A stretch of DNA of 64,000 nt from Mobula birostris (Eukaryota). The notes below the pieces were generated by a model, which had not been told where the DNA came from, searched no databases, and was given only the letters and a program-made list of their open reading frames with translations. Where the stretch lies: contig NC_092371.1 of the NCBI RefSeq assembly GCF_030028105.1, positions 15,087,884 through 15,151,883 of the forward strand, written 5' to 3'. Both the position numbers and the translations under genes were made by a program. Positions within the stretch are counted from its first letter, which is position 1; each line of letters starts with the position of its first letter. Of the stretch, positions 10,957-22,560 are shown one piece after another.

Positions 10957-12291
10957 GTAAGTGACTCCCTCATTCCTTTCCAAGCAATTCCCATCACAGC
11001 CGGTCTTATTTCCCACCACTATAGAAATCCCTATATCCAGGCAATTCTGGTACCGTCTTAAAGCTGTGGCGGAGTACGACCTATCTCCTATCGGGACATG
11101 AGGACATTCCGTTCCACTAAAGAACCATGACTGAATTTAATGAATTTTTTTACACCATGTACATGCCGGCATTCAATCGCCTCAGTCTGATGTGGTAAAA
11201 GCCCAGACCGATCAGAAATTTTCGGAATTTAATCTACTGACCCCTTGTCCAGAACTGACGAAATCGGAGACAGCACAACTCACCCTTATACTTTCCCTAA
11301 GATATGCTCATGGATTTTTTTCCGATATTTCGAAGTGCTGTAAATGGTGGTTGTCGCATTCAGAATTGACTGCTTCAAATTAAAACCTTTAACGAGGTGG
11401 CAAACAAGGAAGGGAAAATGCCAATTTTTAAAGTTACATTGCAGGACAGCGGCTGAGTTCGCAGAGAGTGGGGCGGCAATAGGAGGGGTTCGTTTATGTC
11501 CGGGAGTTATTCTCGGTCTGAATTGGACGGCTCCTTGTTTCCTCGCCCATCTCCGCCCCATAGAACTGCTCGTATATTCCGCTATTTCCTCTGCCATCAC
11601 TGGGCGGACGAATTTGGCCATCCTGAAGAGATGTTCACAAAATCAGGGACGAGCGAATTCGATATCTGGGTGTTACCGCAATTCAGTGCGGAATTCCACT
11701 CAGCCAAGTGACCAGTAACAGGGTCGTACCGGCTTTTTCGTGGTGGTGGGTGGGTGGGTGCTGGGGGGTCGTATTTGAGTAATTCTTAACCCGAATCGGA
11801 AATCTCTGTTAGAGAGAAAAGTCGATTCGAACTCCAGAATTTGCTGAGCTCCTTTACATAGCTGAAAGGGTCAATTCCGTCAATTCGTGGCCCAATTAAA
11901 GATCTAAGGAAATATTGCAGACAGGCAGTAAACACAAATTTACCGACAGACTAATAACCAGAAAGCACCGCGTGCAGGGTATAGATAGGTGGAATGAGTG
12001 AGGCTATTTCCTCCTCATTTTTGGCGCACGTGATTCCCCGCTCGGAAAGATAATGAAAGTTATAAGCGCACTTCGGAGTTGTGATTAACCTGGGAAAATC
12101 TTCACGGACATTATCATTCACCGAAACAATGACTGTATAACCGCCAGACATTTCACTCTTTGCCGTAATATTCGGTGGCTTGTGGTTTTTTTTTCCGTAG
12201 TAGAGTTGTTTTTTTTATTAATTCCGAGTTTCAGTCATCCCTAACACTAATATTTTTTTCTGTTCCCATCCGTCTAATCTCTCTCACACAG

Positions 12292-12620
12292 GCAGCGAGT
12301 CCCGGAGACCTTCAATTCTACTGCTCCCTCCCTCTCCGGAGGAGACAGCCACGGGTTCGGCTACTCTCTCCTGTCTGGTGAGTGGTTTTAAGCCGGGCTT
12401 GGTAGCGCTGCGCTGGAGCGTGGATGGAGTCGAGACTGAGAGTGGGGTGACCACAGGCGCCGTGTCGGCAGGCACCGACCAGACCTACAGGCTGAGCAGT
12501 TACCTGCGAGTACCCGCCGATGTCTGGAAAAAGGGTTCAAGCTATGCCTGCAGCGTGAGCCACAGCTCGTTGAGCTCGCCTTTGCGGAACACCATCTCTT
12601 CGTCGGCTTGTGCGCAGTAA
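12292..12620 (+). CDS. Ig light chain cluster 1, constant (C1-set) exon
   Basis: Acceptor ctctcacacag at 12291. Phase 1 continues as SSESRRPSILLLPPSPEE...ATLSCLVSGFKPG...RW...YACSVSHSSLSSPLRNTISSSACAQ*. Both intradomain Cys, the Trp and the terminal inter-chain Cys are present. Spliced CDS is 49+354+329=732 nt = 243 aa plus stop. Confidence 0.95.
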
Positions 12621-13357
12621 GAACGCGGCGTCTGGCAGCACAGTCGGATTGTTAGCTCCTGCATAATGCAGTGAAACTCTCACTGGGACTGTGCAGCGAC
12701 CTTGTGCAATGTAATTGTGCAGTAATATTTTAACGCAAACAATCAACCGTATAATAAGTTTGGAAATCACGGGATGATTGTCTGTCTTTCGCGACGCGTA
12801 CTTCTCTGTAGAATTGTAACTGCTGTGCTATGTCTGAAATTCCACTATGTATAAAATGGGTAGATCTGCGTGTAGAAGGTGACCGTGTTGTGATTGGATT
12901 TTGTGATAAACACAGCTCGTAATAGAAAAGCAACTGCGGGTGGGTTATCCGTCCTCTGTCTTTACTCGGCTGTCCACAGTACGTCGGGAGTTTGCTAGCG
13001 TGTACCGTGCCATCTCAAAGTCGACTCACATAGAATTACACTCAAATCCACTGAAATATCCTATCCCGCCGTTCCTGCAGAATACTGATGTCTGTGTCCT
13101 ACGCTGGCCTCATCGCCTTCGCTCGCCTCTCCACCATCACCGGATTCTTCATTTCCTCGCTGTCCTGCACCTTTGCTCTTCATTTCCAACCTTCTCAGTG
13201 GGAAGTACATCAATATTCTCACTGCCTTTTAGCGGTATTCTGACCACCACTGGGAGTGTTATACTGTCAGCTTTGTTTCACCGTGACGTTGGCATTCTGT
13301 CCATATGAAATTTTAGATTCTCTTCGTTCCTCCACAGAGACCAAACGGCCTCACAAA

Positions 13358-13364
<7 letters not shown>

Positions 13365-13389
<25 letters not shown>
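13365..13389. repeat. (CA)n microsatellite (paralog ~46502-46550)
   Basis: Direct reading. Confidence 0.9.
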
Positions 13390-13392
<3 letters not shown>

Positions 13393-13937
13393 CACAAACA
13401 TATAATCTTCCAGGAAACACTTCTGAGAATCTACTGCCGATGGCTATATTAATCCAGGCGAAAGTATCTGCTCTATTACCAATGTGATGCATTTTTTTTC
13501 GTTCCGTCACAGGAATGATTTAAAGCTGTGGGGAGGAGAATAGTATAACGTAACAAACAGACACCAGAGCAGTTTATTCGGCCATTTTCTCCCACTACAT
13601 CTTTCAATGCAATCACGGGTGACCTTCATTGCAGTTGCTGTTTGCTGCACTAATCCTTGATCCACTAAACTCTGAATATCTAAACATCTCTCAGTCTGGA
13701 ACTCCCCAACAGTTACTGTGACGTCCGCTTCAAAGTCCAATGTAAATCTACTATCGAAGTATCTATATGTCACTATATACTACCTGGCGATTCATTTTCT
13801 CGTGGGCCTTGGCAGTAGAACAAAGAATTACTTTTCACGATAAGATCAATGATGAACAGATAAGCAACCAATGTGCAAAAGGAGAATAGTTGCACATAAA
13901 TAAATAGATTAATAGATGGATGATAGATATATAAATT

Positions 13938-13965
13938 GATTGATAGATAGATAGATAGATAGATA
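13938..13965. repeat. (GATA)n microsatellite (paralog ~47065-47113)
   Basis: Direct reading. Confidence 0.85.
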
Positions 13966-14230
13966 TATTATTTGATAAATAACTAATACATATAGCATGA
14001 GTTACAGTTACTGAAAGGGACTGCATAGGTTCTGGAATCAGTTCAGAAATTTGGCTTTTGAAGTCGCATGCGCTTTGTCAGCAGATTGCTATTTGAAAGC
14101 CCACACTGGATGATGTAGGGCCCAAGGCTTCTGTATTTGTCACATGGGATCGAGCTGCTAAACAAGGAAACAGCTGATGAGTGCATGTGAACGAAGGGAT
14201 CTCATCGAGTTTGGTTCGAAGCGGGGAGAC

Positions 14231-14399
14231 ATAGAAACATAGAAACATAGAAAATAGGTGCAGGAGTAGGCCAGTCGGCCCTTCGAGCCTGCACCTCCAT
14301 TCAGTATGATTATGGCTGATCATCCAACTCAGAACTCTGTACCAGCCTTCCCTCCATACCCCCTGATCCCTTTAGCCACAAGGGCCATATCTAACTCCC
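14231..14399 (-). mobile_element. 169-bp CR1 3'-end insertion present only in copy A
   Basis: Starts with the (atagaaac)n tail complement. Copy B reads through the empty site (ggagac|gacgagcagg at 47396/47397). Confidence 0.8.
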
Positions 14400-16039
14400 G
14401 ACGAGCAGGAAAGACTAAACGGCAGCTGGATTAGTAAAACACACACAATTCAGGAGGAAATAAGCAGGTCAGGCGACATATATGGACACCCACTGCTGAA
14501 AGTAGAGTGGTGCTCCACAAACATCCTCCCAATCCCCAAAAAAAACACACAAGGAGAAGGGCTACTACCCAGTGATCTCTACGCTGGTGTTCTCCCAATA
14601 TCCACGGGGAAGAAACGGAAGGGTTCATTCCAGGTTGTGAACAGTTGACTAATGGGCTTGTTCAGAAGTAAAAGAGCTTCCAACCAGAGATGCAGTGTTT
14701 GTAAACTGGCTGATGTTTGACAAGTGTATTTCACTGTTGAGGGTTGTGCGGTATTCCCGGTCGTATCCGGTCCCGCTTTTACAGTGGCGACCATGGCACA
14801 GATTTGCCATCGCCTGCTCAAAGCAGAAACGTCATCAACTGAAGAGATTCTGCAGAGTAACACATACAAAATGCTGGAGCAATTTAGCAGGTCAGGCAGA
14901 GTCTTTGGAAGCGATTAAAGAATCAACATACCAGGCAGAGTCTCGTCATCAGAACAGGAAGGGTCTCGGCAGGAAACATCGATTCTTTATTTCGTCACAT
15001 TAACATTTCGTGACCTGCTGAGTTCCTCCAGGATTTTGCGTAGAAACCTCATTTGTCCTTGATGAGGTTTCTACGATGTTGGGGATGTGTCAACATGTGC
15101 CCTGACTTTCAAGAACCAGTAGTACCACATTAAGTCCTCTGATTCTGGAGCATGTGGACAACCGTACGCGACGTATGAAAATAAATTATGTCCATACGAT
15201 AGGAATCAAATGAACAGTCGTGTATACGACGCCCTCACCTGTTTAGTTCAAATGATTAATATTTTTAACATTCGAAAACATCTGAGAAAATGCTGAGACA
15301 GTCAAAAGCCTTTCAACACATTCAAGGAGAGGATTTAGTACAAATGGGGAGGACGCTGTTGAGAGCACGGTCTGTGGTTTTGACCTCCATGTTTATGAAA
15401 GGGTATACTCGCATTGGAGGCAGTGTAGCGACGGTTCGCATTGTTGGCTCTGGAATAAATGATTGAATATAACAGAGGGGTTGGATAAGTAGTTCCCCCC
15501 TCCCCACACACACACACACACACAATAAAATCTCCAGCTTCAGCTCAGTTATAAGAAGCCGAGTTGGCGAATTCTCTCGGATTCGTCATCTTTACCTCCG
15601 CACACAGAGGTAGTAACACTGTGCAACTCAGGACTGCATTGCACAATAGAAATCCCCTGGCAAATGGACGGTACCGTATAAAACACACACGATGATTTCA
15701 AAAAAGAGGGATTGCACCCCGTGAGTGTACCTTCAGTCCATATTTCTCTTATTCCATTTTGCACTAAAAAACATTGTAAAACAGTTAGTTAAATACACAA
15801 TATAAATAAAACGCACCAACCTAGCAATTGTCCTGCATGTCCAGAGATAAATGTATTTTCATGTCTGCATGACGTTTTCATGTCATCTACAATGACAATA
15901 AGCAATCTAAGTACAATGGTTTACTAAATTATAAAAGATACTGGGTATAAAACGGTACGATCACCAACTGGAAAGGTGAAGACTAATAATATCGTGGCGG
16001 TAGAGTGAATCGTCCACCATTCAATTAATTAAGAGAATG

Positions 16040-16930
16040 AATGAATCATCCCGGAGGAGGGCATCGGTGGTGGGGAACTGGTGAAGTCTATTATTCAGAA
16101 AGTAGCGAAGGTCTTTGAGGCCTTCTTGATGGGGAATGGAAGTGTATAAGGATTGGACATCCATAGTGAAAATGAAGCTGTCGGGACAAGGGAACGTGAA
16201 GTTATTGAAGAGGTGGAGGGCATGGGATGTATCCCTGATGTGGGTGGGATGGGACTGAACTATGGGTGACAAGATGGAGTCCAAGTAGGAAGATACAAGT
16301 TCGGGAGGGCAGGAGCAGGCAAAAACTATGGGTCTACCGGAACAGTCAGGCATCTGGATCTTGGGGAGGAGGTAAAACAGAGCAGTGCGGGGTGTGGGAA
16401 TTATGGGTTTTGTAGTGAGGATGGAAGGTCTCCGGAGTTGATAAGGGCGATGATGGTACGGAGACAATGGCATGATGTTTTTGGCGGGGTCCTGTTCCAG
16501 GGATAAGTAAGAGGAGGTGTCAGAGAGCTGCCGTTTTGCCTCAGCGAGATAGAGGTCCGTCCACCAGACTACTACGGCACCGCCTTTGTCTGCGGGTTTG
16601 ATGGTGAGGTTGGGATTCGTGCGGAGTGAGTGGAGGGTGGTGCGTTTAGAGGGAATGTGGTAGAACAGGAGAGAGGAGTGGTGAAGGTGAGACGGTTGAT
16701 GTCTCGGCGAAAGTTGCAGATGAAAAGATCTAGTGCAGTTAGGAGGCCCGGGCGGGGTGTCCAGGAAGTGCAGGAGGGTGGAAGACGGGAGAAGGGGACA
16801 TCAGTAGGGGGGAGGGGAATCCTTGCCAAAGAAGTAGGCTCGGAGACGTAGACGACGGAAGAAGAATTCAGCGTCATGGCGGGCACGGTCCTCACTGAGG
16901 GGTGGACGGAGGGGGACAAGAGATGCCAAT
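16040..16930 (-). mobile_element. Penelope-like element RT fragment
   Basis: FYLLPKI...GRPIV.ACSCP.ELVSSYLDSILSP.VQS.PT.IRDT and FTMDVQSLYTSIPH are characteristic of PLE reverse transcriptases. Confidence 0.85.
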
Positions 16931-17439
16931 TCAAATGACTGTGGTCTCCAAGTGAGGAAATCGAGGATGCAATTAAACAAGGAGGTTTGGGGGTGTTTTA
17001 AAGCCTATTTATTAGTTTTGAGGGGATAACAGTATTGAATTCCAAGCGGTATTCAATGAGGAACATCCTGATATATGTATCTTCGCACCCCACATATTAC
17101 AGAATTGAATGAAGAGCCAATGAAATGGCGTCTGTTGTGGTCCTGCTGTAACGTTAAGCAAATTAGGGCGGATCCATGTCGCTTGTCAGGCAGAAATGTC
17201 GAGAGAATTGAGCAGTAGGCTTAGTACGGAACCTGAACGTGAGCCAGCATCGATTGTTACGAAGTGCTGCTAATATCAATACACACCGGAAGTCAAAATT
17301 CCAACATATTTTCAACGTCTCCAAGTACCTGCATGGATGCACTAGAACAGCGGAGTTATCAAGATTGAGAAGGTTCAGAAATGATTTCCTGAACTTCCTG
17401 CAACCTGAGGAGATAGCAGAGTACTCAATGAATACTTTG

Positions 17440-19088
17440 CTTTGGTACAGTATTCACTATGGAAAAAGATTTTGGCGATTATAGGGTGACTTACAGTGGA
17501 TTTAAAAATATGAGCATATAGACATTAAGAAAGAGAATATGCTGGAGGTTTTCGAAAGCATCAAGTTGTATAAGTCTCCGAGACGGGATGAGATGTATGC
17601 CAGGCTACTGTGGAGACGAGGGAGGAGATTGCTGAGCTTCTGGCAATGCTATTTGCATCATCAATGGGGACGAGACAGTTTCCAGAGGATTGGAGGGTTG
17701 CAGATGCTGTTCCCTTATGCAAGAAAGGGAGTAGAAATAGCCTGGGAGATTATTGAAAAGTGAGTCGTACCTCAGTGATGGGAAGTTGATGGAAAATATC
17801 CTGAGAGGCAGGATTTATGAAAATTTGGAGAGGCATGGCTTTGTCAAAGGCACGTCTTGCCTTACGAGCCTGATTGAATTTTTTGAGGATGTGACTAAAC
17901 AGATTGATGAAGGTAGAGCAGTAGATGTACTGTATATGGATCTCAGCAAGGTATCTGTTAAGGTACCGCATGCAAGGCTTATTGAGAAAGTAAGGAGACA
18001 TTGCATCGAAGGGAACATTGCTTAGTGGATCCAGAATTGGCTTGCTCACAGAAGGCAAAGAGCGGTTGAGGACGGGTCAGTGGCCAGTGGTGTGCCTCAG
18101 GGATCTGTTCTGGGACCCCCTGTCTTAGTGATTTTTATAAATGACCTGAATGAGGAAGTAGAGGGATGGGTTAATACATTTGTTGATGACAAAAAGGATG
18201 AGGGTGTTGTGGATTGTGTGGAGGGCTGTCAGATATTAAGTGGAACATCGATAGCATGCAAAAATTGGACTGAGAAGTAGCAGATGTATTCCAAAGCAAA
18301 AGGTGAGGTGGTTCACTTTGGTAGGTCAAATATGATGGCAAAATATAATATTACTGGTCAGACTGTTGGCAGTGAGCAGGATCAGACGGATCTTGGGGTC
18401 CGAGCCCATAGGACACTCAAACCTGCTGCAGGTTGACTCTGTGGTTAAGAAGAGCTACGTTGCAAGGGTCATCATCAACCGTGGATTGAGTTTAAGCGCC
18501 GAGAGGTAATGTAACAGCTATAAATCACCCTGGTCAGGCCCAACTTGGAGTACTGTGCTCAGTTCTCATCACCTCCCTACAGGAAGGATGTGAAATCTAT
18601 AGAAAGGGTCCAGAGGGGATTTACAAGGATGTTGCCTGGATTGGGGAGCTTGCCTTATGAGAAGAGGTTGAATGAACTCGGCCTTTTATCCATGGAGCAG
18701 CGGAGGATGAGAGGTGATCTGATAGAGGTGTATAAGATGATAAGAGGCATTGAGTATCTGGTTAGACAGAGGCTTGTTTCCCAGGGGGACACGAGAGGGC
18801 ATAGTTTTAAGGTGCTTGGAAGTAGGTACAGAGGAGCTGTCAAGGTTACGTTTTTTTGCGCAGAGAGTGGTGAGTGCGTGGAATGGGCTGCTGGGAACGG
18901 TGCTGGAGGCAGATACGATAGGGTCTTTTAAGGGAATCCTGGATAGGTACCTGGAGCTTATAAAAATAGAGGGCTATGTATAACCTTAGGTAATTTCTAC
19001 CTAAGTAGATATTCGGCACAGCAATGTGAGCCGAAGAGCCTGTATTGTGCTATAGGTTTTCTATGTTTCTGCGTTTCTATGTTTCGTA
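17440..19088 (+). mobile_element. CR1 LINE 3' 1.6 kb, degenerate
   Basis: LTSLIEFFEDVTK, SGVPQGSVLGP, EYCAQFSSP; (TTTCTATG)-like tail at ~19057-19088. Confidence 0.9.
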
Positions 19089-19659
19089 AATTATTTAAAA
19101 GTTATTGGAAGCAGTAGACTGTCTCCATTGTACACAGTGCCATCTTTCAAATTTGCTAATTCCTTGGTTGAATGACCGCAGTGACTGCGAAAAACACACA
19201 TCGTTGTGCACCATCCGGTGAAATATTGCAGTGTACCCTCACCAGATAATGCGCAGTCGTCTGAGTCTGCAATTTCAACCTGTTGGCCTAACTGGGAGTT
19301 ACTTGTGGGGCACAGAATCTGTGGGACCGACATCCGGTCGTTTAAACAATTTGCAGGCGGGCTGGCGGAATAAGCAATAAACCTAATGGATTGTGGGCGT
19401 TTGTGGCTACATGTGAACTGGTGAAAATGCAATTGCACTGAAGACGGATCTAGCGACGTCATTTGTCCAACCAGCTTCGTCCTCAGTAGTGGAACCAATT
19501 TTCTGTTATTCGATCTCTTAATTGCTCCATGAGAATGATCGGGTGTCTGCAGTAAACTGCCTTATGTCGGTGCTACTGAGAATATGTGTCAAAATGCCAA
19601 AACGTTGCACTTCTCTCTGTCAAAGACAATAAATAAAACATTGAGGAAAGTCCCAGACA

Positions 19660-19762
19660 CGAGGAAATCTGCAGGTGCTGGAAATTCAAGCAACACAAAA
19701 AAATGCTGGTGAACGCAGCAGGCCAGGCAGCATCTAAAGGAGGAGGTACAGTCGACGTTGTA
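19660..19762. mobile_element. Penelope-type terminal repeat fragment
   Basis: cacgaggaaatctgcag.tgctgg...aaaatgctggtgaacgcagcaggccaggcagcatc is shared with the terminal segment of the PLE at ~26985-27020. Confidence 0.6.
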
Positions 19763-20684
19763 CCAATTCTGGCATACTTGATGATTCGGAGAGATGTGAT
19801 CAACATACATATCACTTTAAGGAGTAATTAAGGAATAATCCCTGAGACCTGTAAAATGTACTGATTAGTCCTGGACCATGAGACATAGCTGCAGCGTTAG
19901 GCCATTTGGTCCAGCAAGTCTGCTCGGCATTCTATCATGGGTGATGTATTATCCCTCTCATGTCAGATGAACAGAATATCCCATCCTATTCCACCATTGC
20001 AGGCCGCAGTGACCAAATCTCTTTGTTACTCCACAGGTAATAGGTCCTCGAATTAACCAAAACCATGTTTGTGTTTGGTTCGAGGGCCTCCATTCCCAGT
20101 GTTGATAACTAGTTTCTTTCAGCTCCTCAGGTTCCGAATGGCTTTCAGCTGCGCCCGTATTGCATCTCTGCACCCGTGTATCTGCTCTGAGTAAGCTTTC
20201 AATTGATTCACGTGAAGTATTAAGGCACGATTATGCTACCAACAGCGATTTAAGTCAGTGAGTTACTGGACGGAAGCAGTAAATAGTGCACTAAGAGAAA
20301 GGCAATGGCAGAGTGGTAATATTAATATGTTTCTGGGAAGTGCACTATTTCGTTGCTGGATCTGACAATTGTACTCAACCACTTACTTTTCTGAGGGAAG
20401 TGAAACATTCTTCCCGGTGACCAAAGTTAGCTAAGCTGATAATGCGGTTTGCCACCAAATGCCCTGTTGAATATATTACTGGAATGACTACATCTCATCA
20501 ATGGGTTCATGGTGTAAACCGCTGGCTGAGCTGTCCGGAATGGCGACAGCCGCCAGCAAAACGCCCGTTGCGAAACTGCTCTGCAACGCCTGGAGTGACA
20601 TCGGTGTCTCTGTACCGCCACCTCATGGTTACTTACGGAAATTGGAGAATACAGGGTTATATTTTCTCAGCATCCGCTCACTTT

Positions 20685-22560
20685 TTAGAACATAGAAGAC
20701 AGAAATTTACAGTACATTATAGACCCTTCGGCCCACAATGTAGTGCCGACCATGTAGCCTACTATAGATTTGTCTGGAATTCCCCTAGCGTATATTCTAC
20801 GCTCTATGTACCAATCTAAGAGGCTCTTAAAAGACCATATTGTATCCATTTCCACCACCACCGCTGTCAGTGCATTCCACACCCCCCGCGCTCGCTGTGT
20901 GAAAAACTTACCCCTGACATTCTCTCGTTACCTATTTCCAAGCAACTTTAAACGATGCTCCATCGTTTTAGCAATTTCAGCCCAGGAAAATTGCCTCTGG
21001 CTATGGAAACGATCAATGCCCCTCATCACCTTATACACCTCTATCAGGTCATCTCTCGGCATCCGTCACTCCAAGGAGTAAAGGCCAAGAACACGCAGCC
21101 TACTCTCATAAGGTACACCCTCCATTCCAGGAAATAGCTTTGTAAATCTTCTCTGCATCCTCTCTATAGTTTCCACATCCTTCCTGTGGTGAGGTGACCA
21201 GAACTGAACACCGTGCTCCACGTAGGGTCTGAACAAGGTCTTATATAGCTGTAACATTACCTCACGGATCTTGAACTCACTCCATTAGTTGATGAATGCA
21301 AACTCACCATATGCCTTCTCAACAACCCTGTCAATATGATCAGCAGGTTTGAGTGTCCTATCGTTAGAACCTTATCATTTATAGTATATTACTTCTTCAA
21401 TTTGGACCTCCGGAAATAAACCACTTCACAGTTATCTAGGTTGAAGTCCATCTGCCACTTCTCGGCCCAGTTCTGCATCCCATCGATGTCCCGCTGTAAC
21501 CTCTAACAACCCTCCAGACTGACAACAACATCCCCAACCTTTCTGTCGTCAGCAAACTTACTAACCCACTATTCTTCTTATTCATTCAGTTCATTTATAA
21601 AAATCACAAAGACGAGGAGTCCCAGAACAGATCCCTGAGAAACACCACTGGTCACCGACTTCCATGCAGAATGTGAACCATCTACAAGCACTCTTTGCCT
21701 TCTTTGGACAAGCCCGTTCTGGATCCTCAAAGCAACGTCTCCTTGCCTCTCAGGATCTTCTTCAACAACCTTCCCACCACTGAAATCAGACTCATTGATC
21801 TACACTTTCCTAGCTTATCTCTGCTCCCTTTCTTGAACAAGGGAACAACATCTGCAACCCTCCATTCCTTCGGTACTTATCCCGTCCCTACTGATGATGT
21901 AAAGACCATTGTAAGAGTCTCAACAATCTTCTCTCTCGCTTCCCACAATAGCCTGGGGTATATCTCATCCGGTCCCGGTGACTTACCTAACTTATGCTTT
22001 TCAAAAGCTCCTGCGCATCCTCTTTCTCAATGTCTCTATGCTCAAGCGTTTCGGTCTGCAGTTAGTCACCTGCACAATTGCCAAGGTCTTTTTCCTTGGA
22101 TAATAGTGATTAGGTACTTCCGCAACCTCGCTGTCTACATGCATACGTTTCCACTATCGCACCTCATTGGTCCTATTCTCACACAGCTCGTCCTGTTGTT
22201 CTTCACATACTTGTAGATGCCTTTCAATTTCCTTTCATCCTGCCCAAGGCCTTCTCATGGCACCTTCTGGCTCTCCGAGTTCCATTCCTATGCCTCATCC
22301 TAGAAATCTTGCAATTTCCTTGATCTTTAATAGTACCTAGTTTCTTGAACCATTCGTAAGCATTTTTTTTTCTTCTTAACTGGATTTTCTACATCCTTTG
22401 TACACCATGAGTCTCTACCATCCTTTCCCTGCCTCAATGGAACATACCCATGCAGAGTTCCATGCAAATGTTCTCTGAACATTTGCCACATTTCTGCCCT
22501 GCATATCCCTGACAACACCTACTCGCAATTTAGGCCACAATTTCCTGCCTAATAGCATCA
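20685..22560 (-). mobile_element. CR1 LINE 3' 1.9 kb, degenerate
   Basis: Minus-strand LQLYKTLFRPYVEHGVQFWSP and related RT pieces; CR1 tail complement (tagaacatagaag) at ~20687. Confidence 0.88.

Larger units (their letters stand above)
1..16017 (+). repeat. Segmental duplication copy A (runs off the left edge of the window)
   Basis: Colinear with 33048-~48864, including shared disabling lesions in the CR1 relics, the microsatellite positions and the whole IgL cluster. Clear alignment ends near 15962/48822, with weak similarity to ~16017/48864. Confidence 0.95.

Noticed and set aside
10957-10964. In-frame stop right after the J donor (AGT AAG TGA), which could yield a secreted V-only protein by intron retention
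   Set aside because: A direct consequence of the GTAAGT donor consensus; no evidence of use without transcripts.
11286-11718. Overlapping 110-150 aa ORFs on both strands in the J-C intron, present in both copies
   Set aside because: No recognisable domain. Retention is explained by recent duplication, and ends or frames differ between copies for the + strand ORFs.
13507-13773. Protein-like minus-strand ORF (YFDSRFTLDFEADVTVTVGEFQ...)
   Set aside because: The paralog carries a 2-nt insertion that frameshifts it, and there is no known motif or splice support.
19100-19540. 135-aa minus-strand ORF in non-repeat-looking DNA
   Set aside because: No recognisable domain or exon structure; length is within chance expectation.
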